NCBI GenBank assembly: GCA_034520965.1
Contig: JAXHMY010000009.1
Span: 64,001 to 128,000, forward strand
DNA: 64,000 bases
Direction: 5' to 3'
Origin: Spirochaetia bacterium
Lineage (GTDB): Bacteria; Spirochaetota; Spirochaetia; DSM-16054; Sediminispirochaetaceae
Shown: positions 28,358 through 38,046 of the stretch, one piece after another
Layout: each line of letters starts with the position of its first letter
Numbering within the stretch: position 1 is the first letter of the stretch
The notes under the pieces: generated by a model
Seen by the model: only the letters and a program-made list of their open reading frames with translations
What the model was told of the DNA's origin: nothing
Database searches by the model: none
Program-made: the position numbers and the translations under genes

Positions 28358-28408
28358 CGAAAGCCTCCGGCAAAAAAAATCAATGATTAACATAATAATT
28401 ATATGGTA

Positions 28409-28428
28409 AATTGTCAATATAGCCAAAT
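28409..28428. promoter_or_regulatory. Palindromic operator, copy 1 of 4
   Basis: AATTGTC-AATATA-GCCAAAT upstream of the permease pair. Confidence 0.55.
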
Positions 28429-28530
28429 AACTGTTAAAGAATACCTAATACTTGTTGTAACGGCCTATCCACCATCTTGCCGCCGCGGCAAGGTTAAAGA
28501 CCTTTGCAACTTGTCTGTTCACGGGCTTGT

Positions 28531-29241
28531 CTATAAAAGGTTCAGGGTGTCATTCAGAATATAAAGACCGCCAAAAATTACGAGGATGCCGCAGGTTTTC
28601 TTCAACAGTTCTGTAGTCCTGTTCTTTTCATTCCAGCTCAGATAGGATTTGACCCAACCGGTCATCAATCCCCCCAGCACGATAACTGCACTGTGTCCCA
28701 ATGCGTACATCGCAAAGAGCGCTACCGACAAACCCGGTGTACTGCTGGAGGAGTAGAAGGTTACCCCCAAAAGAGGGGCCATAAAGGCAAAGGAGCAGGG
28801 TCCGAGAACGGTACCGAAGATCAAGCCCAAAATAAAAGCCTCTCCATACCACCCGGAAAATAATCCTAAAAAACGCGGGGACACTGCCAACTCAGGCAGC
28901 GGAAGGAAGCCTGTGAGTACCAGTCCGAAGCCGATAATAAAAACGCCTACGATAATTGAAACGGCCGGACCGGTGTCGCCGAACAGGCGCCCCAATCGAT
29001 AGGTAACAAATCCGATTATGAGAAGCGTCACCAGTATCCCGAGTGCGAACAGGAACGACATAAAACCGGCACTTCGCGTACCGTCGCCCTTGCGTACGAT
29101 ATGACCGATAATAAGCGGCATACCCGCCAGGTGGCACGGACTCAATACTACACTGAGCACTCCCCACACAAAAGCTGCCCAGACAGCGAGCCACGCCGAC
29201 GCCTGCAGCATCTGCGAAAGTGTCGAAAAAAGCCCGACCAC
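28531..29241 (-). CDS. Cytochrome c biogenesis CcdA / DsbD-beta family protein
   Basis: LSPCHL and LGPCSF redox Cys motifs in TM helices. Confidence 0.88.
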   Translation of the reverse strand: MVGLFSTLSQMLQASAWLAVWAAFVWGVLSVVLSPCHLAGMPLIIGHIVRKGDGTRSAGFMSFLFALGILVTLLIIGFVTYRLGRLFGDTGPAVSIIVGVFIIGFGLVLTGFLPLPELAVSPRFLGLFSGWYGEAFILGLIFGTVLGPCSFAFMAPLLGVTFYSSSSTPGLSVALFAMYALGHSAVIVLGGLMTGWVKSYLSWNEKNRTTELLKKTCGILVIFGGLYILNDTLNLL

Positions 29242-29639
29242 TACCGTCCGACTCCCTTCTGTTTGAGAATCTCAAGCAGCTGCTCTTTGGGCAGGAAGCC
29301 TTCATGCCGAAAGTACTCGTTTCCCTGGGAGTCGAGGAAAACCTGTGTCGGGATAACGCGAATACCGTATTCGGCAGCGTACGGACGTTCTTCGGGAGTC
29401 CAGACATCATAGAAGATGACCTCAACCTGTTGTGGATACTCCTCGCGAATTTCATCCATAATCGGCTGCATCATTTTGCAGGGCACACAGTTAACCGATC
29501 CGAGTTCTATAAAGCTTACTTTGGCTGCGGTAGCTACGGCATCCTTGTTGGAAGGCGTATTCTTACTTGAATCGGCTTCGCATCCTGAAACAAAGAGTGC
29601 TAATAACAGTAAAAGGACAGCCCTGAATTTAAGTCTCAT
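29241..29639 (-). CDS. Thioredoxin-family lipoprotein
   Basis: Lipobox FVSGC; CVPC motif; IPTQVF. Confidence 0.88.
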   Translation of the reverse strand: MRLKFRAVLLLLLALFVSGCEADSSKNTPSNKDAVATAAKVSFIELGSVNCVPCKMMQPIMDEIREEYPQQVEVIFYDVWTPEERPYAAEYGIRVIPTQVFLDSQGNEYFRHEGFLPKEQLLEILKQKGVGR

Positions 29640-29723
29640 ATGTGCTCCATTGAATAAGCATTTTTTTTATTTTTATAGTAGATTAGTAAATAAGTCAATA
29701 AAATTAATTAATCTTAATTCCTT

Positions 29724-29743
29724 TTTTGGTGATATTGCCAAAT
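29724..29743. promoter_or_regulatory. Palindromic operator, copy 2 of 4
   Basis: TTTTGGT-GATATT-GCCAAAT upstream of arsR 29770. Confidence 0.65.
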
Positions 29744-29769
29744 ATCTAATTGTAGGATAAAATAGAAGT

Positions 29770-30135
29770 ATGGATTGCTCAGTTACAAAATCTGAAATGT
29801 TGAACGAAATGCCGAATAAAGACTGTATTTGCGAGCTGGCCGAATTGTTAAAAACCCTTGGTCACTCATCACGCCTTATGATAGTGGAGGCTCTTGGAAA
29901 AAAATCTTATTGTGTATGCGATCTCACGGCAATGATCGGCGCTGACACGTCCACTGTCTCCAAGCACCTTTCGCTTCTCAAGGCAGCCGGTATTGTACGC
30001 CGCGAGAAACAGGGTACCCATGTCTATTATTCCCTTACCTGCCCCTGCGTTATCGACGCGGTAGCACAGTTGAAACCGCTTATTAAAGAGAAGTTGCAGC
30101 ATTACAGTCATATGATTGAAGTTTCGAATCCCTGA
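29770..30135 (+). CDS. ArsR/SmtB family regulator
   Basis: LKTLGHSSRL, CVCDL, STVSKHL and LTCPCV. Confidence 0.9.
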   Translation: MDCSVTKSEMLNEMPNKDCICELAELLKTLGHSSRLMIVEALGKKSYCVCDLTAMIGADTSTVSKHLSLLKAAGIVRREKQGTHVYYSLTCPCVIDAVAQLKPLIKEKLQHYSHMIEVSNP

Positions 30136-30146
30136 ACAAGTAATCA

Positions 30147-30686
30147 CTACTTTGTAAGTTTCTCCACCTTCCTGACTATATCCAGCCGGTCGGAATCATT
30201 AAGGGAGAGGCCCAGGAGCCAGGATATGACAATTATTCCTGGAATATCCACGAGGAGACGGGTCAATGCGAAGCGCGGACCAAGGGCTTCGTATTCAAAC
30301 AGCAGCATCGGTATCTTGGTAGTCGACCAGGCTCCGATAAAGATAAACACATTCCGGAAACTGGCCCCTTTTTTTAAAAAGACCGCCGCCACGGGAAAGG
30401 CCCCATAGAGGGGGCCGGCTGCGGCGGAACCGATAAGCACCGCCAGGAGAACTCCTTTCATACCTGATCCGTGGCCCATGAAGCGCACCATAGTGTGCCG
30501 GGGAACCCAGATATCCAGCAGCCCCAGTAGAACAAATATCGGGGGAATAACGAGCAGGACTTCCCTCAGGCTGTAAGCCGTAATGGAAAATGATTTTAGC
30601 GCGAGTCCTGTGTTTACCAGTGCGAGAACTACAAGCATGAGCAGGGTTATGAGAAAAAATCTATATCGAATAAAAAGCTTATTCAT
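30147..30686 (-). CDS. Small permease subunit (split DUF318-like pair)
   Basis: AGPLYGAFPVAAVFLKKGA and AWSTTKIP. Confidence 0.8.
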   Translation of the reverse strand: MNKLFIRYRFFLITLLMLVVLALVNTGLALKSFSITAYSLREVLLVIPPIFVLLGLLDIWVPRHTMVRFMGHGSGMKGVLLAVLIGSAAAGPLYGAFPVAAVFLKKGASFRNVFIFIGAWSTTKIPMLLFEYEALGPRFALTRLLVDIPGIIVISWLLGLSLNDSDRLDIVRKVEKLTK

Positions 30687-31162
30687 ACGGTGTGTACCCA
30701 TCCTATAATAACCGCAACCAGGAAAGAAAAGAGAAACGCGAGTAGGTTCCTTATAACTGCTGTCTTGACGCCGAAATACTCAATCTCCACAGGAAAAGTA
30801 ATAACTCCCACCATCATGAGCGTTGAAACGAAGGCGGCGATTTGCATATAACCGGCCCCGTTCTGCAACAGTATGGAAGCGGTGGGAAAGGCGACAAAAC
30901 CCGGAATAAGAGTCACCGAACCGACAACGGCAGCTCCGATAGTACCCAGCCATCCGGATTCCACCCCCAGAATTCGGGAGATTGTTTCCGCGTTCATTAT
31001 GGAAAGTACTATTCCGGTAAGTACAAGCACCCCCAGAAACTGGGGCATAATATTCTCGAATGCTTTCCACGCCTTTTTTATCGCCTTTACTGTTTTCTGT
31101 TTGTCCTTATAAAGCGAAACCGCAAGCAGAATTACTGTGGCAGTATATAGAATTATTGTCAT
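30683..31162 (-). CDS. Small permease subunit (split DUF318-like pair)
   Basis: LIPGFVAFPTASILLQNGAG; ATGA overlap with its partner. Confidence 0.8.
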   Translation of the reverse strand: MTIILYTATVILLAVSLYKDKQKTVKAIKKAWKAFENIMPQFLGVLVLTGIVLSIMNAETISRILGVESGWLGTIGAAVVGSVTLIPGFVAFPTASILLQNGAGYMQIAAFVSTLMMVGVITFPVEIEYFGVKTAVIRNLLAFLFSFLVAVIIGWVHTV

Positions 31163-31193
31163 TTTTTAGTCTTTACTAGTATCTTCTTCTATG

Positions 31194-31610
31194 TTATCTA
31201 TGCCATTCACCCTTCAGTTCCATAGTTTCCCGCAGGGTCGACAGGACGGTGCTGTTTCTCCGGGCGACTTTGAATATGGAATCTATTCTTCTGTCCGTAT
31301 CCGGTGAGTCGATAGTCAGCTCATAATGTACAGAAATGATTTTCGGCGGTGAGTCCTGCCGGACACCCGTTACCTTTACTTTTAGACCATCTATCTGTAC
31401 CCCGCTGTTCGAGGCCACTAAACCCATGGAACTCGTGATGCATCCCCCCGCCGCGGCAAGGAGGGTTTCCGCCGGATTAAAACCGGCGGAAGGGTCTCCA
31501 CTCTTTGCACCGAGTTCGAGGGAAAAAGAGCGAACCGAAGCGGTGGTGGTAGTACCATTTTCATTTCTCTTCAAATCTACATGGTATTCTTGGGTAGCCA
31601 TTTTGTACAC
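31194..31610 (-). CDS. OsmC/Ohr family protein
   Basis: GFNPAETLLAAAGGC; the second conserved Cys appears replaced (NSTV). Confidence 0.82.
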   Translation of the reverse strand: MYKMATQEYHVDLKRNENGTTTTASVRSFSLELGAKSGDPSAGFNPAETLLAAAGGCITSSMGLVASNSGVQIDGLKVKVTGVRQDSPPKIISVHYELTIDSPDTDRRIDSIFKVARRNSTVLSTLRETMELKGEWHR

Positions 31611-31625
31611 CTATCTATTTCAAAA

Positions 31626-32861
31626 TTATAAGACAATGTTTCCATACAGCATTCCCACAATGGTGGAAAAGACAACTACCAGGCCCGCGTAAGTAAGGGT
31701 CTTCTTCGCCCCCAGCTCGCTGCCGATTACCAGCAGGTTGGGCAGGCTCAAAGATGGGCCGGCCAGAAGCAGTGCCAGTGAGGGGCCGTTGCCCATACCG
31801 GCGCCAAGTAATCCCTGCATAATAGGTACTTCGGTCAGGGTGGCAAAGTACATCAAGGCGCCCACTACCGCGGCGGCCAGGTTTGCACCAAGAGAGTTTC
31901 CGCCTACAAAGGCGGCAATCCACGACTCGGGAATAATGGCCATATGGCCGGGTCTGCCTAACAGAAAGCCGGCTACCAGCACACCGCCAAAGAGCAGCGG
32001 CAGAATTTGCACGGCAAAATCACGGGTAGCCACGACCCAGTCGCCCAGTTCGGTGCGGTTGAACCAGCGGATTAGCATGTAAATGAGTGCCGCCGCAAAA
32101 AGTGCGGTGATTATATACTTGCTCTGGTAGATGAAGTCCCACACCGCCAGAGAACCGCCGGCGGGGGCCCAGTTGATAAATACCAAAATACCGATCATCG
32201 AAAGCATATACAGGCCATTCTGTCCTAAAGAACGTCCGCCCTCTTCCTCATCGTCATAGGAGAACATTGCCCCGTTGGTTACCCGGGCTGCATCCTCCTT
32301 GCGGAAAATCAGGTGCATACTCAAACCGATCAGAACCGAAAACAGTATCGCTCCGACCGCCCTGGCAATACCCAGCTGCAGGCCGAGCACTTTCGCGGTA
32401 AGCACAATCGCCAGAATATTGATGGCCGGCCCGGAGTAGAGGAAGGCCACTGCCGGTCCGATGCCCGCGCCCTTACGGTAAATACCCTTGAACAAGGGCA
32501 AAACCGTACAGGAGCAGACCGCCAGAATAGTGCCGGAGACTGAAGCCACACCGTAAGCCAGGGGCTTGGGGGCGTCCGGGCCCAGATAGCGCATAACCGC
32601 CTGCTGGTTCAGAAATACCATCACCGCACCGGCAATAAAGAAGGCCGGCACCAGACAGAGCAGCACGTGCTCGCGGGCATATTCGCCCAGCATTAAAAAG
32701 GATTCCTGCAAGGCCGCAGAAACCCGCTCATTCCCGAAAGGCATGAAGTAGGCGGCCAGGAATATACCGGTCAGCAGTGTCAGCACACGGTTCTTTTTTT
32801 CTCCCCAGAACCGCTTAAGAACAGAAGGGGAAGTCTTTTGCTCTTTCACTGTAGTGCTCAT
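31626..32861 (-). CDS. Permease, ArsP/DUF318 family
   Basis: AVCSCTVLP, FLYSGPAIN, YFATLTEVP and LLAGPSLSLP. Confidence 0.9.
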   Translation of the reverse strand: MSTTVKEQKTSPSVLKRFWGEKKNRVLTLLTGIFLAAYFMPFGNERVSAALQESFLMLGEYAREHVLLCLVPAFFIAGAVMVFLNQQAVMRYLGPDAPKPLAYGVASVSGTILAVCSCTVLPLFKGIYRKGAGIGPAVAFLYSGPAINILAIVLTAKVLGLQLGIARAVGAILFSVLIGLSMHLIFRKEDAARVTNGAMFSYDDEEEGGRSLGQNGLYMLSMIGILVFINWAPAGGSLAVWDFIYQSKYIITALFAAALIYMLIRWFNRTELGDWVVATRDFAVQILPLLFGGVLVAGFLLGRPGHMAIIPESWIAAFVGGNSLGANLAAAVVGALMYFATLTEVPIMQGLLGAGMGNGPSLALLLAGPSLSLPNLLVIGSELGAKKTLTYAGLVVVFSTIVGMLYGNIVL

Positions 32862-32862
32862 T

Positions 32863-33249
32863 TTACACCGTCTCCTTTAAGCCGAGCAGTTTACTGGCCA
32901 TCCGACGCTGTACATCTCTCACAAGCTCATCGTCTATCTTAGTTTTTCCCTTTTCAACTCCGAAATCGGTGGTTTTCAGGTGGGTGAAGGGAATTCCTTT
33001 GCTTTCGAAAATCCTCTTGCCGCAGGCAATCGGGCAACCGTCAATTACAATATTTTCATCTGCAGCCTTGGCCGATTCCACAAAGCCGGAATGGTCGGCG
33101 CCCATGGCCGCCAGACAGGTCATCTTTCCCACTCCAATTTGCATTAAACCGCGGGCAACCCGATCGGCCAAAAATCCGGTATTCGCAACCCCGGAACAGG
33201 CATATATCAGTTTTACAGGGGCATCACTCATACAATCACAACTCATCAT
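32863..33249 (-). CDS. Putative zinc-binding (DGC domain) protein
   Basis: YACSG, MTCLA and IDGCPIACG. Confidence 0.85.
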   Translation of the reverse strand: MMSCDCMSDAPVKLIYACSGVANTGFLADRVARGLMQIGVGKMTCLAAMGADHSGFVESAKAADENIVIDGCPIACGKRIFESKGIPFTHLKTTDFGVEKGKTKIDDELVRDVQRRMASKLLGLKETV

Positions 33250-33275
33250 TATCTCCTTGGTAAAGTTTATTTCTT

Positions 33276-33295
33276 ATTTGGTAATATAACCAAAT
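33276..33295. promoter_or_regulatory. Palindromic operator, copy 3 of 4 (perfect arms)
   Basis: ATTTGGT-AATATA-ACCAAAT between the divergent DGC operon and arsR. Confidence 0.7.
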
Positions 33296-33353
33296 GTACA
33301 AAACTCGTCAAGAGCTATTGACTTATGAACCATAAATAAACACAATAGAACCG

Positions 33354-33671
33354 ATGACCGAACAAGAACGAGTACGCTGTGAAGCTCGAGCAGCTATCTT
33401 TAAGGCCCTGGGCCATCCGAGCCGGCTCTACATTTGCGAACGTCTGCGGGAAGCGCCGCACTGTGTCTGCGAGCTCACCGAGCTGGTGGGGGCGGACACC
33501 TCTACTATATCAAAGCACCTGACCATATTACGCAATGTCGGCCTGGTGAGCAGCGAAAAAAGCGGTACCACCGTATACTACAGCCTTGCCTGCAGTTGTC
33601 TGAAGCAGTTTCTCCAGGGGGCGGAAGCCCTCCTGAAAATGAAGGCCGAAAGCGACTCCGCCGCACTGTAA
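33354..33671 (+). CDS. ArsR/SmtB family regulator
   Basis: FKALGHPSRL, CVCEL, STISKHL and LACSCL; paralog of 29770-30135. Confidence 0.9.
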   Translation: MTEQERVRCEARAAIFKALGHPSRLYICERLREAPHCVCELTELVGADTSTISKHLTILRNVGLVSSEKSGTTVYYSLACSCLKQFLQGAEALLKMKAESDSAAL

Positions 33672-33758
33672 TAAGAAAACCACTTTTTCTTTTATCATCA
33701 AGCTGGACCATGGTGCACTAGGATGCCTTGTTGACACTCAACTGTAATATGGTTATAT
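33594..33758. repeat. Left target-site duplication of IS1634 (165 bp)
   Basis: Identical to 35725-35888 except for one G in a G-run. Confidence 0.93.
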
Positions 33759-35724
33759 CTCGACTTTTGCAGCTAAAAAGCAAAATATGAGTCGTAACTA
33801 ACTACTTTATAACAAATTGCATGGGGGCACTAAAAACACAAGACTGTTGTGTTTTAGCCCTTTTTTTTGGATCTGCCGAAGATTTTTTTAATTTCTCCGG
33901 CAGTTCGGTATTTTCGGCTAAAGTCGATGCTCATAGTCTCTCCGATATCCGAGAGCACCTGGTCATAATAATCAAACAGATACATATTCTCTTCCAATAG
34001 TGAGCATGAGCTGCGCCTTAGGCTTTGGAGTATCTTCTGTACAGGGTACTTGCACCCGAGTCTTTTCTCCAACAACCGTAATAGCACAAGAGCTACAAAA
34101 CAGCTGAGAAAATGTGCTTCGATGTGATCTTCTCGGGAGACGTACACCGGACGGGTCTCAAGATCACTTTTAGTGACCCTGAAAGAATCCTCTATCTTCC
34201 AAAGTCCCCGGTAGATCTCGACGATGTTCTCATCCTCCTTATCAAGCTCACTGGTTACAATAGCGTAATAGCCATCGTATTTTTCTTCTTCGGCAAGAGC
34301 ATCCTTATCGGCAATGAGGAAATGTTTAGCATCACCGACCAGTTCACCGGAGGATGGGGAGAAGGTGAGGTCTTTCACATATTTGGCAGCCCCATAGGAG
34401 TTTGCTTTGGCATAGGCGGCAGGAGATGAGATGAGTTTTTGCGCTTTCGACAACACCGCCTCTCGGTCCGCCTTTGCTTTCTTGGCATAGTCAGGACTGT
34501 AGAACACAATATGCTTCTCATTGACCGAGATCTTCTGTCTCTTGCCTTGCAGCGTAGAGACATAAATCTCTCTGGGGTAGATGCGCGACTTGATCTTGAA
34601 CCCTTCCCGGCCGATCTCCCGGTACTCACTCTGATCAAGCACATATTCCTTAAAGGCTGCATCAGCAGCCCGTATTGAATAACTGAGCACGTACCCACAA
34701 CGGTCAATGAGAATCCGGCGAATGTTATCCCCGGAGATCATTCCCCTATCGCCGACCACGATAAACCGCCCCAGTTCGTACTTTTTACGGATCTGATGAA
34801 TCATCGGAATGAGGGTTTGCTTGTCGAGCATATTTCCCGGATACAAGCCGTAGGTCAGCGGAATACCGTCGGTGTCCATGAACAGCCCCATCTGGACGAT
34901 CGGATCAGGCCTGTGTTCTTTAGAGACCCCTTTACGCCTGAGCTCATCCTGCTTAGATATCTCGAAGTAGTAGTTGGTCACATCGTAGTAGACCAGTGAA
35001 GTATCCCGGCCGTAGAGCTTTTTAATCCGCTTATGTATGGCCAGGAGCATCGGATCCTTGAATTGTGCAAAGAAGGAAAGAGAGCGGTATACGTCATCGA
35101 GGGAGAAATCCATTTTATCGAAGAGCATATTCCGCTTTTCAAATGCCCGTTTCTTTGAGCCGGGGGCAAGGAGGCGGGAATAAACGAGCATCTTGAAAAT
35201 TGCGTTGTGATTGTACTGAGCATCGGTGTAGCGCCTGCGGTTGTTGATGAAATAGTCCAGCTCCATTTCGTGGTAGAGATGAGAGAAGACCACATGGCCG
35301 AAGTTCTTTCTGTTGTCAGTGCCGAGAGGTAAAGTCGAGTGAGGAGAGATGGAAAGGTCGATGGTGTGGTTCTCCTCTTTTCGAGCTTGATCCATTTGCT
35401 CTGCAACCTGTTCAAAGTGAGCGATGGGCTCATCGTACTGTTTTTCCAACACATCAAGATATCCAAGGCTCATAATCGTTTTCTGCCTTGTTTTTCCCTG
35501 GCTGTCACGAAACCCGTGCACAATTGAAAGCTGCGTACGCCCTGTCTTTGACGAGGTGCTTTTTTTCAAATACATGCTGCCCCCTCCCCTATAAAAAGAG
35601 TATAGCACATAACGTAACACAACGCAACTATTATATGTTGTTAAATTTAAAAAAAATCTCCCCTATGTTGTTATGGGAAAGAAAAATATTTTGTCGGATT
35701 ATTTAAAGGGCTGCAGAACTAGGG
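33759..35724 (-). mobile_element. IS1634-family insertion sequence
   Basis: Imperfect terminal IRs CTCGACTTTTGCAGC / CCCTAGTTCTGCAGC (11/15); long flanking direct repeats; DDE transposase. Confidence 0.9.
33854..35575 (-). CDS. IS1634 family transposase
   Basis: YYDVTNYYFE, GVSKEHRPDP, VVGDRG and YRGLWKIEDSFR..KS.L..RP. Confidence 0.93.
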   Translation of the reverse strand: MYLKKSTSSKTGRTQLSIVHGFRDSQGKTRQKTIMSLGYLDVLEKQYDEPIAHFEQVAEQMDQARKEENHTIDLSISPHSTLPLGTDNRKNFGHVVFSHLYHEMELDYFINNRRRYTDAQYNHNAIFKMLVYSRLLAPGSKKRAFEKRNMLFDKMDFSLDDVYRSLSFFAQFKDPMLLAIHKRIKKLYGRDTSLVYYDVTNYYFEISKQDELRRKGVSKEHRPDPIVQMGLFMDTDGIPLTYGLYPGNMLDKQTLIPMIHQIRKKYELGRFIVVGDRGMISGDNIRRILIDRCGYVLSYSIRAADAAFKEYVLDQSEYREIGREGFKIKSRIYPREIYVSTLQGKRQKISVNEKHIVFYSPDYAKKAKADREAVLSKAQKLISSPAAYAKANSYGAAKYVKDLTFSPSSGELVGDAKHFLIADKDALAEEEKYDGYYAIVTSELDKEDENIVEIYRGLWKIEDSFRVTKSDLETRPVYVSREDHIEAHFLSCFVALVLLRLLEKRLGCKYPVQKILQSLRRSSCSLLEENMYLFDYYDQVLSDIGETMSIDFSRKYRTAGEIKKIFGRSKKKG

Positions 35725-35888
35725 AGTTGTCTGAAGCAGTTTCTCCAGGGGCGGAAGCCCTCCTGAAAATGAAGGCCGAAAGCGACTCCGCCGCACTGTA
35801 ATAAGAAAACCACTTTTTCTTTTATCATCAAGCTGGACCATGGTGCACTAGGATGCCTTGTTGACACTCAACTGTAATATGGTTATAT
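35725..35888. repeat. Right target-site duplication of IS1634 (164 bp)
   Basis: Direct repeat of 33594-33758. Confidence 0.93.
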
Positions 35889-35896
35889 TGCCAATA
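35877..35896. promoter_or_regulatory. Palindromic operator, copy 4 of 4
   Basis: ATATGGT-TATATT-GCCAATA upstream of the small thioredoxin gene. Confidence 0.6.
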
Positions 35897-35919
35897 AGTC
35901 AATATTATAGGAGGAAACA

Positions 35920-36153
35920 ATGGTATTACAAATACTCGGTTCCGGCTGCCCAAAGTGTCAGAAACTGGCGCAGAATGCACAAGCTGCTATAGATGAGGTA
36001 GGAGTCGATGCCTCGGTTGAAAAGGTAACCGATGTGGATCAAATTATGGAGATGGGAGTAGCTATGACTCCTGCCCTGGCAATTGATGGAGAAGTTAAAT
36101 CGGCGGGAAAGATCCTTTCGGCAGATAAGATCGCCGACATGCTGCGCTCATAA
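35920..36153 (+). CDS. Small redox-active disulfide protein (thioredoxin-like, MTH895/Thioredoxin_3 type)
   Basis: ILGSGCPKC and MTPALAIDG; AGGAGG RBS. Confidence 0.9.
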   Translation: MVLQILGSGCPKCQKLAQNAQAAIDEVGVDASVEKVTDVDQIMEMGVAMTPALAIDGEVKSAGKILSADKIADMLRS

Positions 36154-36316
36154 AACCATTGCCGCAGCCTAATGGCATACGCCGACAGTAAACTGGAGAA
36201 CTGCCCGCTCTCTCGGATAAGCCGGTATGCTCCGAATGCTGGATTCACTGCTACCGCGCGGAGGAGAGAGCGGCCATCAAAGCGGTCATAGGCTTATGTT
36301 TGATCTGAAGTTCCGT

Positions 36317-36613
36317 TTAAGATGCTTTAATGATTGTAAGTCTCAACCCCAACGCATGAAGTATTGCATCAAGAGTTTTTATAGTTGGATTTCCGTCTTC
36401 AGAAAGTGACCTGTAGAGATGCTGACGATTGAGGTTTGTCTTTTCTGCAAGTTTTGTTATGCCTCCTTGAGCATCAACGACCGTCCTGATCGCTTTAAGA
36501 AAAGCTGGTAAATTGCCATCTACCTCATAATCTTCCAAGGCTGCTGTCAAGTACTCGGTTGCCTCCGATGAATCTCTTACCAGCTCTTTTACAAAATCTC
36601 TATATGCTTTCAT
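36317..36613 (-). CDS. Addiction module antidote protein (HigA-like HTH)
   Basis: EYLTAALE, GGITKLAEKTNLNRQHLYRSLS..GNP. Confidence 0.88.
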   Translation of the reverse strand: MKAYRDFVKELVRDSSEATEYLTAALEDYEVDGNLPAFLKAIRTVVDAQGGITKLAEKTNLNRQHLYRSLSEDGNPTIKTLDAILHALGLRLTIIKAS

Positions 36614-36770
36614 TCTTCTTCCTCTCTAAATAGTCTTTCCAGTAAACCTGCGCGCGTTTGATATCCTTTGTTTGGAAAGCCTTAGCACCACCATTTAATA
36701 GAATTACCAGTGTCTTCCCTTCAATACCGAAGTAGACCCGGTAACCAGCGCCAAATGAGAATCTGAAACG
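36600..36770 (-). pseudogene. Addiction module killer (HigB/RelE-like) C-terminal remnant
   Basis: Manual translation RFSFGAGYRVYFGIEGKTLVILLNGG...QTKDIKRAQVYWKDY; N-terminal half absent. Confidence 0.75.
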
Positions 36771-36788
36771 GTTCGATAATCACAATGA

Positions 36789-36810
36789 ATTGTCGCATAT
36801 ATACGACAAT
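36789..36810. promoter_or_regulatory. Palindromic TA operator
   Basis: ATTGTCG-N8-CGACAAT upstream of the killer/antidote pair. Confidence 0.55.
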
Positions 36811-37028
36811 CAGTCAATACTAATCAAGCAGATCCGGATCTTTCCATAATTTCTGGGCTTCGATGAAGTCAATATTGTGTCAAGCTCTATTTCGGGAGCT
36901 AAAAAAATTTAACCGTGATCGAGGTTTCTTCAGGAGCATTTCAGCCTGAAAACTACTACTGCCAGCGCGCCTATAACACCGGCGACGGGTTCAACCATGC
37001 CTTTAGTGCTCTGCAGGTGGGTGTTGAT

Positions 37029-37923
37029 TCAAATTTGATTTTGGGTGCAATCCTGTTCTTCCGGATCTTCTATTTGAATTGTAGTATGAATTATATTGAA
37101 CTTATTATGTAAATCTTCGCTTATTCTATTGAGAAGTTCGTTCCGGTTACAGTGTGCTTTAACTACCGCGTGAACAGTAAGAGCAGTTTCAGTTGTACTC
37201 ATTGCCCAGATATGCAGGTCGTGAAAATGTTCTACCTCCGACAGAGAGTTTAAATAATTTTTAACCCCCTCTCTGTCAATTCCTTTCGGAACAGCATCAA
37301 GGGCTAAGCTTGTGGAATCTTTCAACAGGCCCCAAGTGCCCCAAAATATAATTAAAGCTATTATTATACTCATCACCGGATCGAGCCAATAAAAACTTGT
37401 AAAAGTTAACACGAGTCCGACAACGACAACTCCGAGGGATATCCCGGCATCGGCAGCCATATGCAGGAATGCACCTTTTATGTTTAAGTCTTGCTTTCTT
37501 CCAGAGAAAGAGTAATGCGGTTACGGCGTTGATTACCACACCTATTCCGGCGACAACCATAATTGTCGTTCCTTCAACTTGCTGTGGTTCGGCAAATCTG
37601 CCTATCGCCTCCCACATTATAACTCCGATTGCAACAAGAAGAATCATGGCATTCAAAAATGCCGCCAGAACACTCGCTTTTTTGTATCCATAGGTGTATT
37701 TCCCATTAGCCGATTTTTTCACGAGATAACTCGCACCCCAGGCTATAAGCAATCCAAGCACATCGCTGAGGTTATGTCCGGCATCGGCAATCAAGGCCAA
37801 TGAGTTGACAATTAAGCCGAATGTTAATTCAACAATTATAAAACCAACGTTCAATGCAATTCCGATTGCGAAAGCTTTACCGAAATCTTTTACTTCGTGT
37901 GTATGCGAATGATTATCTTCCAC
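37029..37923 (-). pseudogene. Cation diffusion facilitator (CzcD/ZitB-like), frameshifted near 37490-37510
   Basis: His-rich N-terminus and ALIADAGHNLSD in one frame; FLHMAADA and HDLHIWAMS in another. Confidence 0.88.
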
Positions 37924-38046
37924 GTTTTACCTCCAACAGTTACGAGAGATCGACAACTACGTATGCAATGAGAGTTTTCTTCTTCCCCCATTCATGCTCT
38001 GATGTAAATGTGTTGTATTGATTGCAGCTTCGATCTCCCGGTGCTC

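Noticed and set aside
36200..36275. Inverted repeat CGCTCTCTC...GAGAGAGCG as an attC site
   Set aside because: No RYYYAAC/GTTRRRY core pair; single occurrence in the window
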